The position numbers and the translations under genes are program-made. Shown piece by piece: positions 1 through 11,688 of a stretch of DNA of 64,000 bases (positions are counted from its first letter, which is position 1; every line of letters begins with the position of its first letter). Location: positions 2,383-66,382 of the forward strand of contig JANXRG010000059.1 of the NCBI GenBank assembly GCA_025353105.1, in the 5' to 3' direction. The notes below the pieces were generated by a model. That model saw only the letters and a list, made by a program, of their open reading frames with translations. It was not told the origin of the DNA and made no database searches. This stretch comes from Verrucomicrobiota bacterium (GTDB lineage: Bacteria > Verrucomicrobiota > Verrucomicrobiia > Chthoniobacterales > SZAS-18).

Positions 1-299
1 GTCGAGTCGCGCCCGATGCGGAATGGGCGTTGGGTTGAATGCTCGACGCCATCGAGGGACACGGTGAATTCGCCGCCGCAGATCGCGGCGAGCGCATCGT
101 GATCGAAGTGCAGCGAGGCCCCGCGGAGCGTCATCTCCACCGCGGCAGAACTTTCCGGGTTTCCGACGAGCACGTTCGCCAGACGCAGGGACAGTGCATC
201 CATCGCGCCACCCGGCGTGATGCCGAGCTGCCGCCGTCCGGGACGGCCTAGATCCTGGATCGTGGACAGCACGCCGGGTTGGCGAATGGTCACTTCCAT
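1..299 (-). CDS. pxpC: 5-oxoprolinase subunit C (PxpC/KipA family), N-terminal part; 3' end outside the window
   Basis: Own reverse-strand translation from ATG (297-299): [42 protein letters not shown]..., the usual N-terminus of this family. The start overlaps the pxpB stop (ATGGAAGTGA). It is absent from the ORF track because it is cut by the window edge. Confidence 0.75.
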   Translation of the reverse strand, partial: MEVTIRQPGVLSTIQDLGRPGRRQLGITPGGAMDALSLRLANVLVGNPESSAAVEMTLRGASLHFDHDALAAICGGEFTVSLDGVEHSTQRPFRIGRDS

Positions 300-958
300 T
301 CGTGAAACTCGCGGGGAGTGATGGCGCGAAAACGGACGCGGTCGCCTGGGCGAAGGAGGGTCGGTTCGTTTTCGTTGTCAGGCTGGAAGAGCGAGATCGG
401 CGTGCGGCCGATCAAATTCCATCCGCCCGGGCTGGCGAGCGGATAGATGCCGGTCTGAGCACCGCCAATCCCCACGGCGCCGGCGGGAATCTGCGTGCGA
501 GGCGTGGCGCGCCGCGGCGTGTGCAGGCGCGCGTCGAGCCCCGAGAGATAGGGAAATCCCGGCATGAAACCGATCGCCCCAACAAAATACCGGCCCGTGA
601 CGTGGAGCTGGATCACGCGTTCGGCGTCCAATCCGGAAGTCGACGCGACGTCGGCAAGATCGGGCCCGAACGCAGGATCGTAACAGACGGGAATCTCGAT
701 TTCGCGGTTGGCGCCCGAGGAGGATTTTCTGGGTGCGTTCCGGATTCCGCCCGCCGCCAGACCGGCGATCAGGGCGACTGCGGTGACGCGCAGTGGGTCG
801 AAACAGATTGCCACGGAATCGAACGCGGGCACGCATTCAAGGAAACCATCCGGGTGCGCATCCTCGATCCGACGAGCCAGCTCGCCGGCGGCAGGGGCAT
901 CCTTGACGGGAATGAGAACCGCCGAGTCGCCGAGGGGAATCCAACGCATGAAGCGCAT
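290..958 (-). CDS. pxpB: 5-oxoprolinase subunit B (PxpB/KipI family)
   Basis: ORF 290..985. [13 protein letters not shown] and [31 protein letters not shown] are typical of KipI/PxpB. Start taken at [11 protein letters not shown] (ATG 958; ATG 949 or 985 also possible). Confidence 0.8.
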   Translation of the reverse strand: MRFMRWIPLGDSAVLIPVKDAPAAGELARRIEDAHPDGFLECVPAFDSVAICFDPLRVTAVALIAGLAAGGIRNAPRKSSSGANREIEIPVCYDPAFGPDLADVASTSGLDAERVIQLHVTGRYFVGAIGFMPGFPYLSGLDARLHTPRRATPRTQIPAGAVGIGGAQTGIYPLASPGGWNLIGRTPISLFQPDNENEPTLLRPGDRVRFRAITPREFHEWK

Positions 959-1016
959 TGTTCCGCTCGGCAAGCGAACTCGCAAGCGCGCTGAGCGGGC
1001 CGCGCGCTGTCGTCAG

Positions 1017-1057
1017 CCCAAAAGCGAAGGGGCGTGCCCCGATTTGGAACACGCCCC
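1017..1057 (-). terminator. Intrinsic terminator candidate downstream of the fasciclin gene
   Basis: 8-bp stem GGGGCGTG/CACGCCCC (1029-1036 / 1050-1057). On the minus strand it is followed by TTCGCTTTTGG, 25 nt after the stop at 1082. Confidence 0.55.
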
Positions 1058-1081
1058 AGCGCAAAACCTCAAGAGGACTGC

Positions 1082-1627
1082 TTAGGGGAGCAGCACTTTG
1101 TCGATGACGTGGATCACGCCGTTCGACTGCATCACGTCGGCGATTGTCACGGTGGCGACGCCGCCTTTGGAATCGACGATTTCAACCTTGGAGCCGTTGA
1201 GCTTCACGGTCAGCGTTTCGCCCGCGACGGTCTTGACCTTCGTGGTACCGCCATCGGCCTTGATTTGCTTCACGATTTCTTCCGCCGTGAGCGTGCCGGG
1301 CACGACGTGGTAGGTCAGCACTTTGACGAGCGTGGCTTTGTTCTCGGGCTTGAGCAGCGTCTCCACCGTCCCGGCTGGCAGCGCGGCAAAAGCTGCGTTG
1401 GTGGGAGCGAAGACGGTGAACGGACCCTTGCCCTTCAAGGTGTCCACGAGGCCGGCGGCTTTTACGGCGGCGACGAGCGTGGTGTGATCCTTGGAGTTAA
1501 CTGCGTTGTCGACGATGTCCTTCGTCGCGAGCATCGGCGAGCCGCCGACCATGGGGTTATCCTTGGCGAGCAACGGCGAAACCGCGAGCGCGAGGAACAG
1601 GGCACTGAGTTGGAATTTCTTAAACAT
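1082..1627 (-). CDS. Secreted fasciclin (FAS1) domain protein
   Basis: Signal peptide [21 protein letters not shown]; FAS1 motifs [10 protein letters not shown] and [13 protein letters not shown]. Start trimmed to ATG at 1627 inside ORF 1082..1822. Confidence 0.85.
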   Translation of the reverse strand: MFKKFQLSALFLALAVSPLLAKDNPMVGGSPMLATKDIVDNAVNSKDHTTLVAAVKAAGLVDTLKGKGPFTVFAPTNAAFAALPAGTVETLLKPENKATLVKVLTYHVVPGTLTAEEIVKQIKADGGTTKVKTVAGETLTVKLNGSKVEIVDSKGGVATVTIADVMQSNGVIHVIDKVLLP

Positions 1628-1837
1628 ACGGTCTTGAATTTCTGTCGATGGGGTTATGTGGTTTGACCAACGCCGGCCGCGCGAGGTCCGATGATTCAGG
1701 AGTCGGCGCGGTTCCGTCGTTGCTTCGTCTTTACGCGACGGGCGCCCGGATCGGATGCATCCGAGTGCGTAAATCTCCATTTCATGACACGGACCAGCTC
1801 GGGCTGACCGAATGCGCAACAAAGCGGGAAAGGTGCT

Positions 1838-2827
1838 ATGATTCCTTGCTCCTCCGCCATGCCTCCGACGTCCGCCACTGCCAAACGCATTTACCTCCAG
1901 GAAGTGGTCACGCGCGACGGATTTCAGAGCCTCGATCGGTTTGTGCCCACCGAAGCGAAGATTCTGCTCATTAACGAGCTTAGTCTCGCCGGCCTCGCGA
2001 AAATTGAGGTCACGTCGTTCGTGTCCGCGCAGGCCATTCCGAACCTGCGCGACGCCGATGAGGTCATGTCCGGCATCATGCGTCAGGCTGGCGTCGAGTA
2101 CAGCGTACTAGTGCCGAACCTGCGTGGGGCCGAGCGCGCGCTGCCCCACCGGCCCGACGAGCTGAACCTGGTCATGTCCGCCAGCGAGACGCACAATCTC
2201 ATGAACCTGCGGATGACGCGCGAACAGTCGTTCCGCCAACTCTCAGAGATCGTCCGTTTCGCTGATTCGTCGCGCGTCGCGATCAACATTTCGCTCTCCA
2301 CGTGTTTTGGTTGTCCGGTGGAGGGTCGCGTCGAGGAGGAGTGGGTGCTGGGATTCATCGCGCGCTTTCGCGATCTCGGGGTGCGTGGGATCACGATGGC
2401 GGACACCACCGGAATGGCGAATCCAGCGCAGGTTGAGCAACTCACGGCCCGTGCGCTCGCGCTCGCGCCAGAGACGGGATTCACGCTGCATTTTCACAAC
2501 ACGCGCGGGATGGGCCTCGCCAATGTGTGCGCTGGGGTGCGCGCGGGCGCGGTCCGCTTCGACGCCTCGCTCGGCGGGCTGGGGGGATGCCCTTACGCTC
2601 CCGGGGCGTCGGGGAATATTTGCACCGAGGACACGGCGCACATGCTCGGGCTGATGGGCTATGAGACCGGCGTTAACCTGAGGGGATTGATCGACGCCTC
2701 GCGCCGGCTGCCGGAGATCACGGGAAGCGCGACGCCGGGCCAGTTGGCCAAGGCGGGTACCATTTTCGATTTGCACCCCGCACCCGCCTGGCTGGCGGAG
2801 GTGCGCGAGCGGGCCGCGGCGCGGTAG
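1838..2827 (+). CDS. Hydroxymethylglutaryl-CoA lyase family (HMGL-like DRE-TIM) enzyme
   Basis: [24 protein letters not shown] and [12 protein letters not shown] motifs. Start uncertain (ATG 1838 or 1859). Confidence 0.8.
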   Translation: MIPCSSAMPPTSATAKRIYLQEVVTRDGFQSLDRFVPTEAKILLINELSLAGLAKIEVTSFVSAQAIPNLRDADEVMSGIMRQAGVEYSVLVPNLRGAERALPHRPDELNLVMSASETHNLMNLRMTREQSFRQLSEIVRFADSSRVAINISLSTCFGCPVEGRVEEEWVLGFIARFRDLGVRGITMADTTGMANPAQVEQLTARALALAPETGFTLHFHNTRGMGLANVCAGVRAGAVRFDASLGGLGGCPYAPGASGNICTEDTAHMLGLMGYETGVNLRGLIDASRRLPEITGSATPGQLAKAGTIFDLHPAPAWLAEVRERAAAR

Positions 2828-2982
2828 TGCGGGGCCGAGGCGCGGCGGCGATAGGTCGGGCAGGGCCCGGTGGGAACGAACGCCCGTCCGCATTGCATGC
2901 AGCCCAACAAAATCTATATACAACGCGGCTCGTCCCAGGATAATCTCCACGCACTCAACTCAATCCAATCGAAAGGGGAGCC

Positions 2983-4797
<1,815 letters not shown>

Positions 4798-4926
4798 AGC
4801 GAACACGGTTCCACCGCTTTCGGGTCGGTTGCCCAAATGGTATCGTGGCCGGTTCGTCTCCGGTCGCGAGCGGCCCACCTTGCAGGTCACACCTGAATGA
4901 GGTTGGTCCGGTGTCCACGACCCGGC

Positions 4927-5400
4927 CTACCGTGGCGAGAGTTCGACAAAGAAGGTCTGGCCAAGCGGGAAGCCGAGGCGCGCATCGCTTTGCACATTCG
5001 CGATGACATCGCCCTCCATGAGGAACGACAGGACCGGCTCGATTAGCTCGCTCGTCCGCTCGGCCTCGAAGCAAAGCTCCTCGAAGAAAGTCTGCAGGCG
5101 GACGGGGAGGAAAAGGTGAAATTCATCCTCGAAAAAATACCAGCGCTTCGTGCGGTATTCGATGCGAACACCCTCGCTGTGCGCCATGGCGGCCTCCGCC
5201 TCGAAATGGATCTCCACCTCCGGACCATGCTGACCGAGCTCGGCGCACACGAGCTGGCCCGTGAAGCGGGCGACGTATTCGCCCGCATGTGGCTGAAACT
5301 TCAAGTCGCGGACGATACCCTCGGAGTAACGGCGGGAAGACATCCCCCCGAAGGTGAATGGCCGGTGCTGCGGTGTCGAGAAATGGAAAATCGCAGTCAT
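4927..5400 (-). CDS. Hypothetical protein (157 aa), family not recognised
   Basis: Start trimmed to MTAIFHF (ATG 5400), 17 nt after the stop of the upstream gene. The longer ORF-track version overlaps that gene with a low-complexity extension. Confidence 0.55.
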   Translation of the reverse strand: MTAIFHFSTPQHRPFTFGGMSSRRYSEGIVRDLKFQPHAGEYVARFTGQLVCAELGQHGPEVEIHFEAEAAMAHSEGVRIEYRTKRWYFFEDEFHLFLPVRLQTFFEELCFEAERTSELIEPVLSFLMEGDVIANVQSDARLGFPLGQTFFVELSPR

Positions 5401-5417
5401 GGGCCTACCAGATTTCT

Positions 5418-6122
5418 TCACGCTGCCGCCAGGCTCGCGGGGCGAAGACGGGTCCCGCGGACGGGCCGAATCAGGCGCGTCGCGATCCGACCCCGGAGCC
5501 GAGGCGCGTTCTCGACGCACACGCGCAGCGAACCCGGTGCCATCGCGCCCGCCGATTCGCTGACCGGCGGGACCGGGCGCGGCGCGCGGGCGTGGTCCCG
5601 TTCGTAATCGCGGTTGAATCGATCGCACTCCTGGAGGCTGTCGGGTAAATTTGCGAGCAACAGCGCCTTTCCCACCGCGCGCCAGAGAAAGAAGATCGCG
5701 AGCTGCTCCTTCCCGCTCAGCCGGCGCCAGCCGAAGCGGGCGTTCCAGCGAATTGGTTCGCAGATCAACGTCGAGAGCACGAACACCCAGTCGCGATCTG
5801 GAATCGGGTGGCGCGCGCGAATGCCCTTGAGACGCTCAATGGCCGTTTTGCCGCGCTCACTTCGGATGCCGCTTGCCACAATCTCGCTGACGAGCGTTCC
5901 GGTGTGTTCGTAGCGTTCCTGGATTCTGAGCGACGTCATCGCCGCGCGATTCAAGCGGGCCGCGATGCTCGGCACGCAGAACGTACGGAAGAGGGCAAAC
6001 TCGAGCGCTTTCGCCGTGTCAGACGGAAAATCGACGCCGCAGCTCATTTGCACGATGAGCTCGTAGTCGGACTCCGGGTCGAGCGTATCAATTTCTTCGA
6101 GAACGGTCGTGAATGGGCTCAT
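5418..6122 (-). CDS. MpaB/DUF2236-family oxygenase-like protein
   Basis: FALFRTFCVPSIA, ERYEHTG, LICEPIRWNARFGWRRLSGKEQLAIFFLWRAVG and FNRDYE fit the MpaB-family pattern as I remember it. Start trimmed to MSPFTT (ATG 6122). The last ~55 aa are low complexity. Confidence 0.6.
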   Translation of the reverse strand: MSPFTTVLEEIDTLDPESDYELIVQMSCGVDFPSDTAKALEFALFRTFCVPSIAARLNRAAMTSLRIQERYEHTGTLVSEIVASGIRSERGKTAIERLKGIRARHPIPDRDWVFVLSTLICEPIRWNARFGWRRLSGKEQLAIFFLWRAVGKALLLANLPDSLQECDRFNRDYERDHARAPRPVPPVSESAGAMAPGSLRVCVENAPRLRGRIATRLIRPVRGTRLRPASLAAA

Positions 6123-6267
6123 AGCGGGTCGCGGAAGCCGAAGGGTTTGCCTGCACCCATTATTCGTCGCGAGCCTCCGCGCGGATGCGTTTCCAGAAGC
6201 CGGGCGGACGCGAAACACCGCACGCCCCGCCTTTGCCGGGCCGAAAATTCTGCTACTGTCGCGCGCC

Positions 6268-6756
6268 ATGGAGCCATCGATTCGCGCCGGCATCATCACC
6301 GTGTCTGACCGGGCCGCCGCCGGTCAATACGAGGATCTCGGCGGACCCGCCTTGCGCCGGGAATGTGAGCGGTATGGGTGGGCCGTGCTCGCCGAGGCGG
6401 TGGTGCCCGACGAGGTACCCCGAATTCAGGAAGCGATTCGCTCGTTCGGGGCGCAGGGCTGTTCGCTCATTTTGACCACGGGCGGGACGGGGATTGCGGC
6501 GCGCGACGTCACGCCGGAAGCCATTCGCGGACTGATGCGCGTGGAGTTGCCCGGATTTGGCGAGGTCATGCGCATGGAATCAATGAAGCTCACCAAGAAT
6601 GCAATCCTATCCCGTGGACTGGCGGCCGTGGTTGAACGCGCCTTGGTGATCGCGCTGCCCGGCAAGCCGCAGGGCGCGGTGGATTGCCTTGGCTTCGTTG
6701 CCGGCGCGCTCGAGCACGGCGTCAAGCTCGCTCAGCACGTGCCGACATCGTGTTGA
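6268..6756 (+). CDS. mogA: Molybdopterin adenylyltransferase (MogA/MoaB family)
   Basis: MEPSIRAGIITVSDR..., LILTTGGTGIAARD, ALPGKPQG. Start trimmed to ATG 6268. Confidence 0.85.
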   Translation: MEPSIRAGIITVSDRAAAGQYEDLGGPALRRECERYGWAVLAEAVVPDEVPRIQEAIRSFGAQGCSLILTTGGTGIAARDVTPEAIRGLMRVELPGFGEVMRMESMKLTKNAILSRGLAAVVERALVIALPGKPQGAVDCLGFVAGALEHGVKLAQHVPTSC

Positions 6757-6758
6757 GG

Positions 6759-6837
6759 AATTTCAGATTTCAGACCAGGGGCGCGCGCGGACAACGTGCA
6801 TGACACCCGAGCAAATCTGAAATCTAAGATCTGAAAT
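6759..6837. repeat. Inverted heptamer-word pair between convergent genes; probable bidirectional terminator
   Basis: AATTTCAGATTTCAGA (6759-6774) is complementary to TCTGAAATCT[AAGATCT]GAAAT (6816-6837), around a ~40-nt GC-rich spacer. Confidence 0.6.
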
Positions 6838-6843
6838 GAGGTC

Positions 6844-7560
6844 TCACTTGTCCGCCATGCGACCGATCTCGATGGGCGCGGTCTTAAACGGCGTCGCGGA
6901 ATTGCGCTGATAGCCGACCGCCTGGCCCTCCGCGTTGACCTTGAACCACATCACACCCTTGCCGATGCCACTGGTGCCGCGTGGTCGCGTATCGTCATCA
7001 TGAGTAGTCCCGGTCGAGTCCACCACTTCCACACGATAGACATCCCCGTCCACGCGCTCGGGCTTCGAGTCGACGATCAAGACGTGGCCCGTGTTCTTGC
7101 CCGGAATGATTTCGCGATATCGCCAGGCCAGGATGTCGCCGGACTGGGCTTCGGCGAGCGTCACCACGCGATTCCAGCCCGTGGTCGAGGACTGACCGAC
7201 CGCCGGCTGCTCCCGGAAAAATTCATAGTAATCAACCGCGCGCGGTTTGCGTCGGCTCGCGGCGACCGGGAGCACTTCGAGATGCGCGGGTGAGACCTTG
7301 CGCAGCAGAAAGGCGATGAGTCCCTTGCAATCCGTTTCGTAGACGCCCGCCGCTTCAACCACGCGGGTCCGGTGCCGGTAGGTCGTCGACGTCATCTGTC
7401 CGAGCACGCGCTCCGCCTCGGCGTGGAATTTCTGCGCGACCAGCGACGGGCGATCCGAAGCGGCGGCGGCACGCGGGTCCGAGGCACCCGTCCGATCCGC
7501 GGCCCCGCCGGCTGCGGTCAGGGCGAGCGAGGCCACGAATGCAAGGCGAAGCACGGTCAT
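6844..7560 (-). CDS. Secreted protein, possible NlpC/P60-like cysteine hydrolase
   Basis: Signal peptide MTVLRLAFVASLALTAAGGAA. DCKGLIAFLL followed by GDILAWRY...TGHVLIVD resembles the Cys/His layout of NlpC/P60-type enzymes. The family assignment is an inference. Confidence 0.55.
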   Translation of the reverse strand: MTVLRLAFVASLALTAAGGAADRTGASDPRAAAASDRPSLVAQKFHAEAERVLGQMTSTTYRHRTRVVEAAGVYETDCKGLIAFLLRKVSPAHLEVLPVAASRRKPRAVDYYEFFREQPAVGQSSTTGWNRVVTLAEAQSGDILAWRYREIIPGKNTGHVLIVDSKPERVDGDVYRVEVVDSTGTTHDDDTRPRGTSGIGKGVMWFKVNAEGQAVGYQRNSATPFKTAPIEIGRMADK

Positions 7561-7674
7561 GAAGGCGGAGAGTGATTCGCGAGGCGGCAACCGGCCGGAT
7601 GTTCGCAGAGGATGGCCAATCGTCACGTGCCAAATTCAAGCACCCCCCGCCCGCTTCCGCCTGATCCGACCGGC

Positions 7675-8091
7675 TCAGGGCAGGAACAATTCCCGTTCCG
7701 CCGGGCTGGGGAGTCGGCAGGTTTCCTTTTTTCCGAAGAGCGAGTAGCGCAACCGCGCCACCAGGCGATAAAGCGCGTCGCTCACGAATTTCGGCACCAG
7801 GAAAAAGGCTCGCGCGATCGACCATCCCCCGCCGAGCCGGCTGGCGAGAAAAAGCGGACCGCGGCTGTGCGTGAATATTTCCTGCGATCCGTCCGTGCGA
7901 TCGTGCACGACAATGAGCGAGTCGAGCGCCGAAAGCTCGGGGTGCGCCGCAAGTACGCCCTTGAAGGTCTCGCCTTGCAGCGGCGCGTAGAGAAATTGTT
8001 TGTGCTTGTCGCGCCGCACGAGGAAATCGACCCACGCATTGCAGAGATTGCACACGCCGTCAAAGAACAGGATGATTCGCTCGGCGGGCAT
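7675..8091 (-). CDS. Thiol-disulfide oxidoreductase DCC family (DUF393)
   Basis: N-terminal FFDGVCNLCNAWVDFL motif. Start trimmed to MPAERI (ATG 8091). Confidence 0.8.
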   Translation of the reverse strand: MPAERIILFFDGVCNLCNAWVDFLVRRDKHKQFLYAPLQGETFKGVLAAHPELSALDSLIVVHDRTDGSQEIFTHSRGPLFLASRLGGGWSIARAFFLVPKFVSDALYRLVARLRYSLFGKKETCRLPSPAERELFLP

Positions 8092-8146
8092 TCCACAGCA
8101 TACCGATGGTGGCTGCCGCATTCATCCGAAATTCAAAATCCGCAAT

Positions 8147-9286
8147 TTATTGCGACCGCGCCGAACCCGGCTCGCCCGACATCGCTGGGGCCGGGCCGGC
8201 CTTCGGCAGTGCCATGATCAGCTCGACCAGCCGACGCCCATAGGGTGAGAGTCTGGCTTGTGAACCCGCGCCGTACACCAGCCGGCGGGTGAGCATCCAG
8301 TAGGCATCTGATGATGGCTTCACGAACGAAAGCGTGGGCGTCGTAACGTTTTGATTCGAGGGCGTGACCCGGAGCGGAACGCCGCTGCGCGTGAACGAGA
8401 TTTCCCATGACGCCGGCTTTGTGGAGGTGACACCGCCGCCGCTCATCCACGGATACATTCGAACGAGGTCGGGCGGCTGATCGGGCGCGGGCGCCAGCAC
8501 CTTGAAGAAGACTTCTTCCGCGGCGAGGAATTCGGGAACCGTGAGCGACGGCTTGCCGCGCTGCGCCAAATAGAATTTCGCGACATCGAATCCAGCGAGA
8601 TTTAATCCGTTGTAATTCCCGTGATAATTCGGCTCGGTTGGGGCACCCGCGACGTACCAATCTTGAAACTTATTGGTCAGCATGACGTTGATCTCGAAGT
8701 GCAGGTGGCTGCGCTCGCGATCAATCCCAGCGCCGGTATGGCCCATGCGCGCAATGCGTTGGCCCGCCGTGACGTCGGCTCCCGGCGAGACCGCAATCTC
8801 GCTCAGGTGCGCGTAGAGGCTGTAATAGGGCGAGCCGCCCCACCGATGCTCGATGACGATGTAACGGCCGTAATTGGAATGCCCCGCCGTCTCGCTGCAA
8901 TGCACGACCCGCCCCGCGGCAATGGACACAACGTCATCCAGAGGTTCGCCGCTCGGGTCGCGGCGCAACGGCTTGATGTCAATGCCCTCGTGGAAATGCA
9001 CGTAGACGAGGCCGTCCGAGGTCTCGACCGGATCCCGCACGAACCCGTATTGGCCGCCTTCCCAGGGGAAGGTGATCTCGCCTTTGAAATCGCGGCGCAC
9101 GTATTGGTAGAAAGCCTCGCCGCCGCCGCGAAAGAGCGCGTCGTTCGCGGTCGGAAGAAGCAGACGCGGCATTTGCGCAATGGCGGGCGTCGACGGAAGC
9201 AAGACCAGAACCGCGCCGCTGGTCAGGACCAGAAGACGCCAGAAACAGACACGCGACGGGCGAGCGGACGATGGGCCGGAGAGCAT
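8147..9286 (-). CDS. Secreted M23-family metallopeptidase
   Basis: Signal peptide, then the HEGIDI and SHLHFEI motifs (HxxxD / HxH). Confidence 0.85.
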   Translation of the reverse strand: MLSGPSSARPSRVCFWRLLVLTSGAVLVLLPSTPAIAQMPRLLLPTANDALFRGGGEAFYQYVRRDFKGEITFPWEGGQYGFVRDPVETSDGLVYVHFHEGIDIKPLRRDPSGEPLDDVVSIAAGRVVHCSETAGHSNYGRYIVIEHRWGGSPYYSLYAHLSEIAVSPGADVTAGQRIARMGHTGAGIDRERSHLHFEINVMLTNKFQDWYVAGAPTEPNYHGNYNGLNLAGFDVAKFYLAQRGKPSLTVPEFLAAEEVFFKVLAPAPDQPPDLVRMYPWMSGGGVTSTKPASWEISFTRSGVPLRVTPSNQNVTTPTLSFVKPSSDAYWMLTRRLVYGAGSQARLSPYGRRLVELIMALPKAGPAPAMSGEPGSARSQ

Positions 9287-9351
9287 CGGGTTTGTCTAGA
9301 TTACGCAGAGATATTTGCAACTGGGTCCGGGATTGATTACAACTGCGGACC

Positions 9352-9849
9352 ATGCGATTCCGCCTTTTCCCTGTCATCCTCTCGATCGCCGCGCTGGGCG
9401 GGTGCGCCAAAGTGAATGAAATTGACGCCACGGCGCGATCCACCGGTGGATTCTTCAGCTTCGGATCCAGATCCACTGACAAGGCGCTGAAGGTCGTCGT
9501 GACGTACTCGCCGAATCCGGTGCGAATCGGCAAGACCGGGCAGATGGATGTCTCCGTGGCCATCGTCAACAACACGAAGCAGCAGCAGACCTTCGGCACA
9601 CAGACCGCGCAGCGCATCAACGTTCAAGTGACGGAGATAGGATCCGGGCGCGTGGTGGCGCAGATGCAGGAGGGCCGCTCGGAGGATCCGCGGTCGACCT
9701 CGTCGTTGCTCAATCCCGGCGAACAATTGGTCTTCCAGCGAAAGGTCTCGACGCGCGATCTGCGAGCCGGACAGACCTATCAAATCGACGGATATGTCGT
9801 CGGCTACGAGAACAAGCTTCGCGGCGCGGTGCAGTTCGTTCCGCAATAA
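9352..9849 (+). CDS. Hypothetical lipoprotein
   Basis: Lipobox IAALGGC. All-beta-looking 165-aa protein, family not recognised. Confidence 0.65.
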   Translation: MRFRLFPVILSIAALGGCAKVNEIDATARSTGGFFSFGSRSTDKALKVVVTYSPNPVRIGKTGQMDVSVAIVNNTKQQQTFGTQTAQRINVQVTEIGSGRVVAQMQEGRSEDPRSTSSLLNPGEQLVFQRKVSTRDLRAGQTYQIDGYVVGYENKLRGAVQFVPQ

Positions 9850-9933
9850 TCTGGCGGGGGGCCGCGTAGTTTGCGTCCGCGCTGCCCGCCTCCGATCCCG
9901 CGGGTTCCTCGCTATTTCAGGCGCCTTCGTCGC

Positions 9934-10719
9934 ATGAAACCGTTCTCCGACTACCATTCCCACCCGCAGGGCCACCGCCTTCAGCCGTACGACGAGGCGC
10001 TGCTTCAGCCGTGGGCCGATTCCGCGCGGGCGAAGGGGCTGACCGACATTGCGCTCACCGATCACGACCGCTATCACGCGGGGGTGGATTTTGACGCGCT
10101 CGACCGCGTGCGCGCGGGGAACCCGGATCTAAAAATTCGTGCCGGGATTGAGCTCGATACGGATCCCGTCAGCGGTGCCGCCGGACGCGCGTGGGTCGAG
10201 AAAAACTGGGAGCATCTGGATTTTGTCCTTGGTTCCGTGCATCACCTGGAGGCGGCGGAGATGTTTGATTCGGCGGGTCAGGAAAGTCAGTTCGCCGGTC
10301 GTCTCATCGACGAAATCTACGCTGACTATTTTTTGCGCGTGCAGCGGCAGGCGGAGTCCGGCGTGGTGGACTGCCTTTCCCATCTTGACCTCATCAAGAT
10401 TCACGGTCACCGGCCGCAGACTGATGTGCTCACGCTCGTTGAATCCCTGTTGCAGTGCATTGGTGCCCGCGGTCTGGCAATCGAGATTTCGACCGCGGGC
10501 TGGCGCAAAACGGTGGGAGAGATTTATCCGGAGAAGAAAATCATCCGACGCGCGCGAGAGCTTGGGATTCCGTTCACCACGGCCTCGGACGCGCATTCGC
10601 ATGTCCAGCTCGGCGAGGATTATGATCGCCTCGGCGCGGTGCTTGAGGAATGCGGGATCAGGGAAGTCGCGGTTTACGAACGTCATCGCCGGACGATGGT
10701 GCCATTGTCTCGCGCCTGA
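9934..10719 (+). CDS. PHP-family histidinol-phosphatase-like hydrolase (HisJ family)
   Basis: MKPFSDYHSHP, ALTDHD and GSVHH metal-ligand motifs. Start trimmed to ATG 9934. Confidence 0.75.
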   Translation: MKPFSDYHSHPQGHRLQPYDEALLQPWADSARAKGLTDIALTDHDRYHAGVDFDALDRVRAGNPDLKIRAGIELDTDPVSGAAGRAWVEKNWEHLDFVLGSVHHLEAAEMFDSAGQESQFAGRLIDEIYADYFLRVQRQAESGVVDCLSHLDLIKIHGHRPQTDVLTLVESLLQCIGARGLAIEISTAGWRKTVGEIYPEKKIIRRARELGIPFTTASDAHSHVQLGEDYDRLGAVLEECGIREVAVYERHRRTMVPLSRA

Positions 10720-10779
10720 CGGCGGGGGCAGGCAATCTTGCCGGTCCGAACGTTTTCGGCTTTGTTCGAGCTCCTTTCC

Positions 10780-11688
10780 ATGGCTTCCCCCAATGTCGTT
10801 TCCGGATTGCGGGCATCCCTGCTTGGCGTGGCGGTGAACGCCGCGCTGGCGATCATTAAGATTGCCACCGGCGTGGCGGGCAGTTCGTACGCGCTGATTG
10901 CGGATGGCATCGAGTCATCCGCGGATATCCTGAGCTCGGCGATCGTTTGGAGCGGCCTGCGCATTGCGGGCGAGCCGCCCGACCGCACGCATCCATACGG
11001 TCACGGCAAAGCGGAGTCGCTCGCCGGCGTGGCGGTGGCCCTGGCCCTGCTCGGCGCGGCGGCCCTGATCGCGGTGCAGGCCGTCCATCACATCATCACG
11101 CCGCACACCGCGCCCAAGTGGTTCACGCTGCCGGTGCTGTTCGTCGTCATTGTGACCAAAGAGATTCTTTCCCGTCGCGTTCGGAGAATTGCTTGCGACT
11201 TGGGCAGTAACGCGCTCCTGGGCGACGCGGGCCATCATCGGGCGGACGCGCTCACGTCGATCGCGGCCTTCATCGGCATCAGCATCGCGTTGGTCGGTGG
11301 CAACGGATATGAAAGTGCCGACGATTGGGCGGCACTCTTCGCCTGCGCGGTGATCGCCTACAACGGGATTCATCTCCTGGGGGTCGCCCTGCACGACGTC
11401 ATGGATGGCGCCGTAGCGGGCGAGACGCAGCAGCGGATCCGGAGTATCGCGGCGGCTGTGGAAGGCGTGAACGGCGTGGAGAAATGCCGCGTCCGGCGCA
11501 GCGGACTCGGCTTGATGATGGACATCCACGTTGAGGTCGATGGCGCGATGACGGTGACCGAGAGCCACCGCATCGCTCATCTGGTGCGGGACACGCTCAC
11601 GGCGTCCGGCTTGGGCATCCTTGACGTCGTCGTGCACATCGAGCCCGCCCAGAGCGTGCCGTCCGATTACCCGCCGACCATTTCATGA
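10780..11688 (+). CDS. Cation diffusion facilitator (CDF) family transporter
   Basis: Six TM segments, ADGIESSADIL, HPYGHGKAESL and a C-terminal cytoplasmic domain. Start ATG 10780 (10738 also possible). Confidence 0.85.
   Translation: MASPNVVSGLRASLLGVAVNAALAIIKIATGVAGSSYALIADGIESSADILSSAIVWSGLRIAGEPPDRTHPYGHGKAESLAGVAVALALLGAAALIAVQAVHHIITPHTAPKWFTLPVLFVVIVTKEILSRRVRRIACDLGSNALLGDAGHHRADALTSIAAFIGISIALVGGNGYESADDWAALFACAVIAYNGIHLLGVALHDVMDGAVAGETQQRIRSIAAAVEGVNGVEKCRVRRSGLGLMMDIHVEVDGAMTVTESHRIAHLVRDTLTASGLGILDVVVHIEPAQSVPSDYPPTIS

Noticed and set aside
39-251. Plus-strand ORF of 70 aa at the window start.
   Set aside because: It lies antisense to the clearly recognisable pxpC N-terminus.
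5401-5628. Frameshift or pseudogene in the MpaB-like gene (low-complexity C-terminus, overlapping extension of the next ORF).
   Set aside because: After trimming both ORFs to sensible ATGs they sit 17 nt apart with no overlap. Neither alternative frame gives a more protein-like continuation, so there is no positive evidence for a frameshift.
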